The notes beneath the pieces are model-generated. The model saw only the letters and a list, made by a program, of their open reading frames with translations, was not told the DNA's origin and searched no databases. A stretch of DNA of 61,455 nt, filler included, from Nemertoderma westbladi (lineage: Eukaryota > Animalia > Xenacoelomorpha): assembly GCA_032718475.1 (NCBI GenBank). It is 3 parts of 3 records of this genome, joined end to end, with 100 filler letters (N's around TTAATTAATTAA, not from the genome) between each part and the next. Parts side by side here need not be neighbours in the genome. Positions count along the whole stretch, not along the records: positions 1 to 20,782 come from JAUCBJ010004727.1; positions 20,883 to 43,913 come from JAUCBJ010007489.1; 1 more part is not named here. One strand, 5' to 3'. This document shows, piece after piece, positions 12,953 through 24,797 of this stretch (position 1 is the stretch's first letter; each line of letters opens with the position of its first letter). The position numbers and the translations under genes were made by a program.

Positions 12953-15760
12953 CTAGCATGTTAGAGTTTTGTTGCGAGATCAGCCATTATGGGGCATTGG
13001 GCGCAAGAGAAGGCGTGGTAACGGTCTGGGCAGGGAAGAAGGCAAAATCGGCAAATACAATCGGTTGATAGTGTGTGGAAAGGCTGTGAGTTCGTGCATA
13101 TTTTGTGGTGAAACCCGTGACACGTGGCTCTCGTGACCACATGACGGTTCTTCTGATTGGATAGTCGCCAAGTAAATGAGTTGAACGCAGGACCGAGTAA
13201 ATAATTCTCAGTAACAAAGTTGAGTTCGCGATTTGTTCGAAATGCATTATATTGATCAATCAGGTCGCGGGCGAATAGATTTTGAGTTTTTAGAAGATGT
13301 CGTCAATAAGCGAATTTTCGTTTACGAGGTGTAGCACCATTGAGGACGAAGCACGGATATGTAGCCCTAGAAGCCGCTTTATGTATGTCGATTTTATTCT
13401 GTCTAGATCTTTTAAATTTGATATCGTTAGAAAGCGAGAGTAGACGGCTAGAGCATACAAAGCCATTGGTGCAATTTTTAATTTAAATAATTTTAAACCT
13501 GCGTCAACGGACAATAGCTTGAGATTCCTTATAGACCCTATTGTTGCATAAGCTTTTTTCTTCTTCTTTTTAATGTGCTACGAGAAACAAAGTGATGGCT
13601 GAAGCGTGAGTCCTAGGTATTCGTAATTGTTACAGATGGTGACGTTATTTCCATTGTAGCTAAAAGTGTCGGTAGTAGCGAGACGACCCCCTTTGCGGAA
13701 TTTTAAAATTTTAGTTTTGTCGAGGTTGACTTCCATTCCGTTACGAGTACACCAGTCGAGGAGAATGTCTAGGCTGCATTGTATTTCATTCCTATCGGAA
13801 GAGTAGAAAGCGAGATCGTCAGCAAAAAATAGAAACTTTAGAATCGCACATCCTTGTTGTAGTGCTTTAGCTAGGTCGGCGATAAAGAAATTAAAACATG
13901 GAGGAGAGAAGCAGTCGCCCTGCAGAATTACGCGGAGTTGCTCGATTAGGTTCGATAGACGAAGGCCATCGTACACCTGAATGTAATTTTGGAGTAAATC
14001 TTTTATCAGAACAAATAGTTTTCCTTTAATCCCGAATCCATATATCTTATTTAATAAAACAGCTCTGTTGACAAAGTCGAATGCCTTTCTGAAGTCTACA
14101 AAGGCGACATACATTTTCCGTTGTGATGACAGATTGGATTGCAAAGCCAAATTGATATCGGATATAAGTGCGTTTAGTGCCTGTAATGTAGATCTGCCTG
14201 GCATGAAACCGTATTGTTCCCTAGGTATCCGATGAGACGTAAAGCATCGGATGCATTTGTTTACGATTGAAGTGAGAGTTTTCAGTAACATGGAGATGAG
14301 TGCAATGCCGCGGTAATTATCTGGGTTTGAGAATGCCCCTTTACCTTTGTAGATGATCATTATTATACACTGTTTCCAGATTTGCGGTAGTTTACCGATA
14401 TCGAGACAGGCATTGTATAATAGACAGAGAATTGTTATTATAAATGGTTTGGTTAACTTGAGATGATCGTAGAATATTCCATCTACTCCCGAAGCTTTGT
14501 TATTCTTGGAGTCGTTTATACTGGCGGATATTTCCTCTTCCGTAATCGGCGCGTTGTACCATTCCTCCCCCTCAAGTTCAGCCAATGAAGGGATTGGAAC
14601 TGGTAGAACATTGGGGGGATCTACTCTAACACCAAGAAGGTTGCGGAAATGTGTCTCGAGTGTATCTGAGTCTATTGGTGCAATAGTCCGTTTGTGATCC
14701 TTGGTGATTAACCACGGTTTAACCTCGGAGTCGCTGACCAATTCTGCCAGTGTAGCTTCCTCGTAGGCAACTCGTTTCCGTTTGAGGAGCGACTTGTAGC
14801 TTTTGTGGATATTCCAAAACTGCGAGCAGTCCATTGCCGAGAGATTACGACGAGACATACAGTGAATTAACTGTTTCTTTAGAGTCTTGCACTCGAGTCA
14901 TACCACAGTTTTCCATAGTGGGGTTTGCGAGTGGATGGTGTGGAGTCTGCAATTGATTGAGTCAGTAGGTCTGTAGCTGCATCTATTTCGTTGTTAGATA
15001 GAAGTAGCCTAACCATTGGAATATTGTGGTGCGATATAAATGCGTTACGATCGATCTGCCTTGACAGACGAGGAATGGGGTTCGGTAATTTTGAATCATG
15101 AATATCGGCCGGGAAAACAAACTTAATGGTCACCGGCTGGTGTTTCCTTATGGGATTTGACAAGATTATTGTAGGCGGTAGCAACATAGGAACAATTACT
15201 GGGTAACTCACGAATATTAAATCGATTACACTTTCACCTTGTGGTGATATGTATGTCGGGATATCCGGGGAGCTGAGACAGCTAAACCCGATGTTGGTCA
15301 GATCGTCAACTAAATCGGAACCGCGAGATCCGTGGTCTAGTCTGCAATTAAAATCTCCCGCTATAACAATAGGGGTTATGTTTTTGGTATAAGACAGTGC
15401 TTCAGTTATTTCCATAAGTATTTCATCCAGTGGGGTTTCGGGGGTGAAATAGAAAACAATAAAGAAGGATACCAAGGTTTTGATAACAATGTATTTATTT
15501 GTTTGTTTCACACAGGAAGGGTTGAGGTGCGGCCTGCACAGAGTCATAAGGCCGCCAATAGGGCGCCCTCTGTTTAACTTTGTCGCAGGGTGAGTAAAAG
15601 AGTAATACGAGTTAGAATAAAATGCTTTGTCTGTGTACATAGTTTCAGTAAATAACACGACATCGGCCTTACCATATAATTCAGATTCAGATAAATTGTC
15701 TACTAAATAGCGGAGACCTTCCACATTCCATAGAAGTAGTTGTACCTCCGTGCTCCTGTC
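12953..15760 (-). pseudogene. LINE ORF2 (AP endonuclease, RT, C-terminal Cys/His motif), disrupted
   Basis: WNVEG, GDFN, NYRGI, FVDFRKAFD, LQGD, FFADD, YLG; C-terminal HGFHHKIC...CICRFC...RYHAFSC read by hand. Frameshifts at about 14895 and 13295, and a TAG at 13578. Confidence 0.9.
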
Positions 15761-16576
15761 CTAGTCGCCGGTATTTGTTGAGTATTGCTGTGAGCTGCTG
15801 GAGGTTCCACCTGCGAATTCGCATTCGGGGCGCCGACGTAGACCGAGCGCCTCGCGTTCGGCGTTCGTGAGTTGGTAGTTCCGGATTGTGAGACCCATTT
15901 CCCACAATCCAGGGTCCATTAGGGTGTCGCGATGTTGTTGATCGCATGTGATATGGAAACTTAGATAAGGCGAGTTACCATCTTTAAGCGGTAGTGGAGT
16001 TACGTCATCAAAAGGGATTCCTTGGGATTGAAGAAAGTCAGCAACTTCCTTGCTTGTTGTCGACGGGTCTAGTCGGCCGATATGAACATGCGCATTCCCG
16101 ACGGCTTGGACTGGGTTTCCTTTGGCAACACTAAGTGGACCACCAGCTCTGCAACCTTGTATCGCCGGGGCGGGGCGACGGAAGTTGCGGTCCGTATCCG
16201 TGGCGTATGGTCCGTTATTCGACGGCGGTGAGTGTGGATCTGGAACCGTGTTTCTTTGCACGACTGCACTGTACGTTGACCTGCCGGGTCTGGGTCCTGG
16301 AGTAGCCATGGTAGATGGGCCGAGTTGCAGGAACTTCAAGAGCTCGTCCTTTGCGGCCACAGTTTCTTTTCGCGCATCCGCCGTTTCTTTCCGTGATTCG
16401 GCAAGTTTTGCCAGAGTTGCGGTGAAATCATCTCGAGACCTCGAGTGTAGCGAGGTCAAAGCGCTTAATAGTTCACTCAGCTGGGTCTCTTGGTCACAGG
16501 TTACATATTTCTTTGTTTTTATTACTGCGAATAACGACAATATATCATCTTTAACATTATCAAAATTGTCAGCCAT
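15761..16576 (-). CDS. LINE ORF1, 271 aa: coiled-coil region plus RRM-like C-terminal domain
   Basis: Intact ATG-to-TAG ORF after a 75-nt 5' UTR; HVHIGRLDPSTT...SFHI...LWEMGLTIRNY; homologous to the ORF1 starting at 36351. Confidence 0.85.
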   Translation of the reverse strand: MADNFDNVKDDILSLFAVIKTKKYVTCDQETQLSELLSALTSLHSRSRDDFTATLAKLAESRKETADARKETVAAKDELLKFLQLGPSTMATPGPRPGRSTYSAVVQRNTVPDPHSPPSNNGPYATDTDRNFRRPAPAIQGCRAGGPLSVAKGNPVQAVGNAHVHIGRLDPSTTSKEVADFLQSQGIPFDDVTPLPLKDGNSPYLSFHITCDQQHRDTLMDPGLWEMGLTIRNYQLTNAEREALGLRRRPECEFAGGTSSSSQQYSTNTGD

Positions 16577-16651
16577 TTGCAGGTAGCTGGTATGTCAGTC
16601 AGTGGTACACCAGTATCAGATAGTAGATTCTTAGGCTCCCTACTTACAGAC

Positions 16652-16950
16652 TTGTTTCAATTGGAACTAAGTTCGCCTCGATTGGAACTAAGTTCGCTTT
16701 GTAAAATTTATTTTGGAACTAAATTTATTTCAATTGGAACTAAGTTTGCCTCGATTGGAACTAAGTACGCTTTGTAAAATTTATTTTGGAACTAAATTTG
16801 TTTCAATTGGAACTAAGTTCGCCTCGATTGGAACTAAGTTCGCTTTGTAAAATTTATTTTGGAACTAAATATTGTTTCAATTGGAACTAAGTTCGCCTCG
16901 ATTGGAACTATCGCATTTGAAAATGTGTGATTGGAACAAAGTTCGTGCTA
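16652..16950 (-). repeat. Continuation of the 73-bp tandem array after the LINE insertion
   Basis: Same units, resuming in register at the TSD. Confidence 0.92.
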
Positions 16951-17503
16951 CCGGAAATTTATCTAGATATACAACTCCTTGTGTTTGTTAGTCCATGGGG
17001 CCGGTCTGACGGGCGGGCGCCGACCTTTCATTCTACTGTGCTTTGACGCAGTTTCTACGAATTCCGCTTCTTTTAGAGGTTACCGCCACCGAATGGTTAC
17101 GATTGGAATAACTTGCGCATATATTCGTAGAATATATGTGGGATTTACGATAAACTGTAATTGAACCGAAAACATTTAACGTTTACTTTAATGGTGTATT
17201 AGATTTTTAGCAAACCTTGCAACCAAGTTTGTCACCAAAATGTATTGATAATCTTTTTACTAGCACTTAGTAGATAAACCATACATTTGGGATAACAAGG
17301 TTCTATTAACATACTGTAGTAAAAATGCATAATTATATTTTCATTCTTCGATGTAGTCGAACAATACTCGAGCGATTCGGCTAAAAAATTCACGATTCTG
17401 TAAAAAGTGGCGTTTCGGCAAAAATGTTTAACTGCATGATTATCAGTCGACACATGTTATCTGGTTGATACAACAAGTGAATTCAGTAGTTAGGCTATCC
17501 TAT

Positions 17504-19703
17504 CATGGCCTACTATATATACGGCCTAACAGGCCACCTTGAGAAGCCTTAAAATTTAAGGCCATTGTAGTTTCTACATTCTACATGGATTATTGCACGG
17601 AAAATCCTTTTTAACAACTGTTTTCGAACTTAAATTTTGTGACGAATCTAGAAGTGATACCTATTTCTAAAAAGATTGCATATTTTTCGAGTTACTGCAC
17701 TTCAAGATATTTTATTAAAGTTTTTGTAAAATATTTACCTATTTAACTACATTTGTAATTATGAATATCTTTTGAATTTTACTATTTCTAAAACATTAAA
17801 TTTACAGATACATCCCATTTATGTACAAAATATATATTAAAAAAACTAAAAACTCTGAAATAACTATTAAACTAACTAAATTGATGTACAGCACAAAAAA
17901 TTAATTAAAATTAAATTGAGCACAATAAATCAATTAAAATTAATTACTTCGATTAATAGATTAGTATTATTTGGAACGCTGTCGCTTTTTGAATGCCATA
18001 ACGCTATCAATCCTCCATCCTTCAGTAATTTCCTTCCGCGCATTATTAAAGAATATGTTTACTATGGTACGATGAAGCATAGTGGCCTTCATCAGGTGCC
18101 TGTCGCAGAAAGTTATTGACATTGAAATGCCATACGCGTCCAAGAAATGCATCGCCGCCAAGCGAACTGGAATGCCAGACTTCAAAAGGAATCCCTCAGC
18201 GAAGTCTAACCTCGCAAAGCAATCTGCGACTAACTCTGTAAATGTAGTATTTGGTATGGTTAGCCCACCCCGATTGAGTATATCCATATAATCATCTGCC
18301 GATGTTGTCCCCACAGGTTCGTTCATATCAACTGGGTCTTCTAGAACGAATGAAGGGCAATGTTCACATAAGCCCTTTGATGACTTCTTCAGCTTTCTTG
18401 CTAAAAAGCCAGATATGTGTTTTACCACTTCTGTACTATCTGGTGACAATTCAGAAGATTTAATAGAACTAAAACGCGTTCTGCATTCCTAACCTCTCTC
18501 AAACTCACAAGGAATCTTCCACCACTCATCTGTCGATATTGGCTATACCGCAACTCCAGCGGGTCTGAATTAAATCTCGAAGTTAAGACATAATCATAAC
18601 CATCGACTAAAAGGTCATCGCAAAGGTCAGCCACTGAACGACATGTCTGTATCAAAGCAGCAGATGTATGTGGTGTTAAACTCTTTCCTCGCCACAACCG
18701 TGTATCAGTACCCACTGTCTTAAACCACTTCTCAACCCAATCAGGATCAGCTACATCACGGAGAAAGGTAGGTTTATTGTCGCCAGTCACTACAGCATTA
18801 CCCAGATAATTAGACTGGTGGAATCGTTGCTTGGAATTATTTATGACCCATTATTTATGAATGTGCAATTTAGCATCACATACATCTTTCATTACCAACA
18901 CAAATTCATCCACTAGCCAAACTGATGTTGCTGATATGACTGGCACAGCACGAACCACATAGGATTTTCCGTGTTTGGCACCCACTATCCATGAAACATA
19001 GAATTGCTTTGAACATGTTACCATCATCATTTACGCCAACAAATTCGCCCTGACTATAAGATGCCTCCATCTGTAACTTCATCTCATCACATACCAATGT
19101 GACATCGGCATCAAACAAACCATCCTCAACCATTCGGTGCAATGCTTTCATACTGTCAATGCCTCCCTTTTGCAGTTTATTTAGAAGTGTAAGGGATGGT
19201 AACTGAATTTCCCTTTTAAGCAGAGTATACGCCTGATAGGAAGTGTAACCGAGTCTAGCCGTAACATAATTATCCTGTCAGCCTGTATGCGCGCCAGACA
19301 AGACATCTAAATGCGCGCCACACGCACCTTCGGATGCGCTCCACATGTTGAGCAAACTCTTCCTAACTTCCAACCTGGGCCTTACATAAACGTAATGCTG
19401 AAATCAGAAATGGCCTAACCCGAACACCTAAACCACATAAGGTAAACAGTACCGGTAGCTAAACGTTAAACAAGCAGTGGTACAGTACGGGTAGGTAGAG
19501 CTTATAGAGATATACCAGTCTGCCAGTACAGCTGTACAGCATACGGCAGTACGGCTGTATGGTACCTACATCGGTTCGGTGGCTGTGGCTGTCAGCGTGT
19601 AGTAAGCTGTGACTGGAATCAGGTCTGCAGGTAATGAATGAATGGCCTTAAATTTCTAGGCCTCTTAAGGTGGCCTGTTAGGCCGTATATATAGTAGGCC
19701 ATG
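17504..19703 (-). mobile_element. P-superfamily (THAP9-like) DNA transposon, internally deleted
   Basis: About 60-bp TIRs starting CATGGCCTACTATATATACGGCCTAACAGGCCACC; 7-bp TSD ATCCTAT at 17497-17503 and 19704-19710; transposase fragments inside. Confidence 0.9.
17967..19260 (-). pseudogene. P-element-type transposase remnants
   Basis: LVCDEMKL, YDYVLTSRFNSDPLE.RYSQYRQMSGG and HISGFLARK...C..C...NRGGL in three broken frames. Confidence 0.85.
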
Positions 19704-19804
19704 ATCCTATACTGTATAGTAGATTCATTAATGGCACATTATTCATGCCGCCATGAGTGGTATGGAAGTAGGTTGACATGCCTCGTTAATGTTTGTAAAC
19801 CTCA

Positions 19805-20782
19805 TTAAGGGGGGTGGGCGCATTTTCTGACCAAAAAGACGAATTTTTGAAACATATCTTATCTGATGCAGAATTTCATGCTGAATCCAAATATGGAAAC
19901 CGTTTTCCACTCCGCCCCCGCCACTCGATTCAGGACACCTTGTTATCCCTTATTCGTTTGTTTCTAGCCTAACAATTTTTTCGCGCATCAACCCTATTAC
20001 AGCAACTAACAATAATGCACTTATTCTATAAAGTTCAATTATTTCACTAAAATGTCCTCTTACTTAATGTAGATGTGCTAAAATTGAATTAATTTTGTCT
20101 TTGTTCATGGCAACTAACTTACACCCTCGTATGGTAGCCCACACCATTCAGGACAACAAACAGTTAATGGGGGGGGGGGGGGGGGGTAGCGCATTTTCTG
20201 AACAAAAAGTCGAATTTTTGAAACATTTCATGCAGAATCCAAATATGGAAACCGTTTTCCCATATCTTGCTTAGTTTTCGAGATATATGGGATAGAAGAT
20301 ACTGGATCCAATATATCGCAATATCGGTAAAGGAGATGAAGTTTGGGGTTTGCATTCAATTTCTGCAAATTTCTGTGCTCAGTGGTGCCAATTGGATGTC
20401 TCCACGAGAAAGAGCACAAAATTTTAATTGAGAAGTTATTTTTTTATGATTATTGGACCTGCTTGTCAGTTTATAAGACAACTTCAAGTCTCCGGAATGA
20501 AGACGGGACTCGAATAAGTGACTCTGCGGTCTTTGCGGGATTACACAGAATATACTTATCGGTCATTGGAGATCTTCAAAATGTATAATCTCCAGTTCTA
20601 GTGGTCGTATGAAGTTCGTTTTAGGCTCATTCGAAAGCTCTTTTCTTAGAGAACAAAGTTACCATTTGATTTAATACAAAATGGTTATGAAGCAACATAA
20701 CATGAATTTGGGTAAAATATGCCTTGCAAATTTTGTTCAAATTGTGATTGCTGAGACAGCCAAACCAAATGGTAACTTTGGT
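19805..20782. mobile_element. Probable non-autonomous DNA transposon ends (TTAA then G-run, Kolobok-like), two direct copies
   Basis: ttaa-G-run-gcgcattttctga...aatccaaatatggaaaccgttttcc occurs at both 19805 and 20164; the other end is not seen before the gap. Confidence 0.35.
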
Positions 20783-20882
20783 NNNNNNNNNNNNNNNNNN
20801 NNNNNNNNNNNNNNNNNNNNNNNNNNTTAATTAATTAANNNNNNNNNNNNNNNNNNNNNNNNNNNNNNNNNNNNNNNNNNNN
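20783..20882. other. Assembly gap with artificial TTAATTAATTAA linker
   Basis: 100-bp block of N44, a six-frame-stop 12-mer and N44. Confidence 0.97.
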
Positions 20883-22774
20883 AGATCCATCACCCATTGG
20901 TCTCGATATTGTCTCTGTGGCAACGTCTTGCCCATTAACTATTAATACCATTTCTCCGCAAAAATTCCATTTCAATCCGCACTCAAATGCTCCTAATATA
21001 TCCAGACCAATTAGAAATTCATGACTCGGCTTCCTATTAACTTGTAATTCTACCAAATGTTCTACTCCACCCAAACACATTTTTATTTTTACACAACCCA
21101 CAATATCTAGTGGATGCCCAGAAGCTGACTTTGTTTCAAAATATGGTTTCCTCAACTCAAACTTCATTGAACTGCATGATTGTATTTCTTCCAATACATC
21201 ACTAGAAATTATAGATATTTCGCTCCCAGTATCTACAAAAGCTCTCTTGGGAATACCCTCCAAACTCGAAAAAACAAAGCAACGTCTTAAGCATTGACCC
21301 TTCAATTGTAATTTAAATGATTTCTTCTGCTCAATTGTAACTGCAGATGAAGTAATAGGCTCTAGTTTGGATTTAACATCTACCATTTCATCATCCCTAT
21401 AATCATCTTGGGTAAGATTTAATTTATCGAAGCCAACTTGAACTAAACTACAACCAGTTTCTTTGGAGGTAGATTCACGACAATTATCATTAGATTTGCT
21501 ACTATGCTTCAATTTTTCCTTAAAACAGTCCATCTTTCGGTGCCCCAATTTTCCACAACCATAACACTTTACTGGGTTTCTACAATCTTTGGCCATATGC
21601 CCAATTCTACTACAATTAAAACAAGTAATCTTCGGTTTTGTTGAACTCGAGTCAGAATAATTACTTGAGATTGGTTTAGAATTGCCCCTAATTGCATTTG
21701 TCTCCACTTCATTTGTGTTAACAATTGATTTGACAACTGTATTTGAAAGCTCCATATCTAAAGCATAAGCTTTTCGAAATAACTCTTTCCAGGTTGATTG
21801 CACATTCAATCGTCGCCATCCTCGAAGTCTTCCACTCAACTCACAACGAACATTAGATGCAAAGAAATCCTGTAGTATAGACTCTTCTCCATTCCCATCG
21901 AACTGTTCCCTACGACGGCAAACAGCCATCATGAATCGCTCTACGAATTCCGGCAAAGACTCATTGATCCCTTGTTTACATGTTGCTATATTAGAAGCTG
22001 TATTCTCCTTATGATCAGATAATAAATCAATAACAGCTTTCTTCAATGACAGATAATCACTTCTGTCATCCTCTTCTAATGTTTCCTCCAACATCGTGTG
22101 TAAACGACCAACTTTAGCCAGTAAACGATCCCTACGTTCATCCTGTGGAACCCTGGAGTCATCCATAATTTGATCATAATAATCATCAAACCATGTTTGT
22201 ATAGACATCTTCTTTGGGTCGAAAGGTTGTATGGTCTCTGATAACTTCGTGCAGCGATGAATCTGCTGAGCTCCTGTTCCTCTACTACCCCGGCCACTAT
22301 CATCACCATGGTCACGGCGACCACTATTTGGTTCATTTGCAGTGTCTCTTTCATTCGATAGCATATCCTGAAGTTCTCTAAAACGACTATCTTCAGTCAC
22401 CTTATGACTCTCCATTAAATTGGAAAAGAACTCATTTTGTTGCATAGCCATCGTTGCATCATTGCATCGACCTGCATAAATTGGTATTGTCTATCCATCA
22501 TTGCTGTCGTCTGTTGTTGCATCAACTCGGCTTGATTCAACATCATTTGTTTAAACATCTCCATCATTCCCCATGTTGATTCACCCTTACCAGAAGCGAC
22601 ACTACCGTCATCTTCTTTGTTAAGTTGCTGACCATGACCTTGAAATTGACCCTGGCCCTTCTTGGTCGGGTCGTCCTTCTTCGACATTTGTTTGGCAGCT
22701 TCAATATCCTTGTGATATTGACGACGTACGTCCAGTGGGTTTTGACGAGTTATCCTCTTCTCCAGTTTAAACAA
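20883..22774 (-). pseudogene. Gag-protease with a frameshift near 22450
   Basis: ORFs 22415-22774 and 20883-22451; CFNCSRIGHMAKDC, CYGCGKLGHRKMDC, VDTGS, LIGLD. Confidence 0.85.
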
Positions 22775-22864
22775 AAAAACAACAACAACTGAAATGGCTG
22801 GCGATCATAAGCCTGTGAAACTCCAATCCATTAAATTAAACGCTGTTCTCCAGTGGATGCAGTT

Positions 22865-22877
22865 GGTGGGACCTCCA
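22865..22877 (-). promoter_or_regulatory. Primer-binding site (PBS) complementary to the tRNA-Gln 3' end
   Basis: TGGAGGTCCCACC directly after the LTR's terminal CA; complementary to the eukaryotic tRNA-Gln end GGTGGGACCTCCA. Confidence 0.75.
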
Positions 22878-23113
22878 TGTGATAAGTTCTTCTTGCCCTC
22901 CCCCGGGTTATATCTGCACCGACCACAATTGATGCTAAACTCCAATATGATATGATAAGAATAACAAACATACATATATTAATTAAGCAACAATAATTTC
23001 ATTAATCACAGACTTATGTCACCATTGTAAATACCGATAGGCTACCAACTAATTAGCATTAGGCCTACATAAATAATTATTGCAGTAATCGGGTATACAC
23101 TATTCCCCTTACA
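22878..23113 (-). repeat. 5' LTR, 236 bp, TGT...ACA
   Basis: On the minus strand it starts TGTAAGGGG and ends TTATCACA, immediately followed by the primer-binding site. Confidence 0.75.
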
Positions 23114-24797
23114 ATATAACGGACAATCAAGGGATGCAGATAGTAGGGGAGAAAGAAAATGCTCGAAGCTGTCTGAAACTATACCACCATTTGAAGTATC
23201 AAAAATGACAATTGAAGAGTGGTTCGACGATTACTACGATAGAATTATGTCTGACTCGAGGGTTCCACTAGATGAGCAAAGAGACCGATTATTGGCAAAA
23301 ATAGGAAAATTACATGCCATGCTGGATGAAACATTGGATAACAGTGATAAAGTAGATTATCCAACCCTGAAGAAGGCAGTAATACGGGTATTAAGTGACC
23401 ACAAGAGGGATACAGTCCGAGATATAGCAACATGTCGGCAAGGAATAAACGAAACACTTCCAGAATATATTGAACGATTTATGATGTGTGTTCGTCGACG
23501 TCGGGAGTTCCATAGTAGTGACAGGGAAGGTGGAATGTTGCAAGATTTCTTTGCTTCCAATATTCGCCCAGGTATCAGCGGGAAGCTTCAAGGTTGGCGT
23601 CGATTAAATCAAAATTCCTCTTGGAAGGAGACATTTCAACAGGCCTATGCATTAGACTTGGAGCATCCTGTATCTTCGTTGACAGATGCTTCAGTTTCTT
23701 CCTTATCTTCAAATTATAGATTGCGACAGTCCAAGCCAAGTGACATACGTTATAATGGTAATCGCAGTCCAGGTAGATATTCTCCTCAAATGCATGACAA
23801 GGGTAATTCTCCTTGTTATAATTGTGGCATTTTAGGCCATATGGCAATGAATTGTAAGTTTCCACCTGTGTGTTATAATTGTAAAACACCAGGTCATATT
23901 GCTCGATATTGCTATGCTAGGAATAATAATAAATTTAATGACACTGCTGGAAATAGTTCTAACTATTACCCCGAGAAGACGGTAAAATTTAAAGGCAGTA
24001 GTAATACTAATAGTACTGGTAATAAGCAACTTTTCAAGCCTTCATCATCATCATGCGATCTTATACAAGTAGGTTGTGATCGGATAAATCTCATAGAAGA
24101 AGATTATAAACATGATTCAAATGTGAATAGTGATTATACTAATCTGGTCAATGTAAATGCAACTCATTCCAATGCAGTTAGTGATGGCTGTACACGTACA
24201 GCTGCTCAACCTAGTAGTATTCAAAGTAGAGGGAAGTGGAACGGACAGTGTTTGCGTCGAGGTTTAGTAAAGGCAGTCATAGAAGGAACTATTTATGAAG
24301 AGGCACTTGTCGATTCTGGGAGTGAACTTTCTTGTATTTCGGAGTCTGTTCTAGAAGGTTTACAGCGTACCACTAATACGAAATATAAACTTCGACCAGC
24401 TCCATTTGAAACATTTTCAGCTTCAGATCATGTTATGGCGATAATGGGTGTTGTTGAGGTTAACATACAGCTAGGTAGCTCAGAGCATAATGTTGAGTTC
24501 TTTGTTGTTCGTACTTGTCACCGCGATATATTAATAGGTTTAGATATATTATCGGCATTTGGATGTAAGATAGATCTTTCAAATGGCGGCTTTCAAGTTG
24601 AATTAAATGGAGAAATATTAGATACTAAGGTCATAAAACGTCCGATGGATTGTAAAAATGGTGGAATGTTATCTACAGTCTGGTGTAACAGAATTGAGTG
24701 TATTCCCGCACGTAGCCGAAGAATAATAACTGGACACATTGATAATCGAGTCGTAGGCAGAGGCCATGTTGTTTACCCAAGCAGAGAAGTTGACTAA
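23114..24797 (+). CDS. Gag (two CCHC knuckles) plus aspartic protease, 5'-truncated
   Basis: CYNCGILGHMAMNC, CYNCKTPGHIARYC, LVDSGS; the frame is open back to the insertion point (CSKLSETIPPF). Confidence 0.88.

Larger units (their letters stand above)
12778..16651 (-). mobile_element. Full-length two-ORF APE-type LINE, about 3.9 kb, with poly(A) tail and TSD
   Basis: Poly(T) at about 12776-12793 on +; TSD TTGTTTCAA(TT) at 12767-12777 and 16652-16662; ORF1 followed by an APE-RT ORF2. Confidence 0.93.
20883..23113 (-). mobile_element. Gypsy LTR retrotransposon, 5' part (LTR, primer-binding site, gag-protease), cut by the gap
   Basis: LTR at 22878-23113; gag with two CCHC knuckles; protease motif FVDTGS. 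Confidence 0.9.

Noticed and set aside
20827-20838. TTAATTAATTAA as a biological motif (also at 43958-43969)
   Set aside because: Centred in identical N blocks; it is an artificial six-frame-stop linker.
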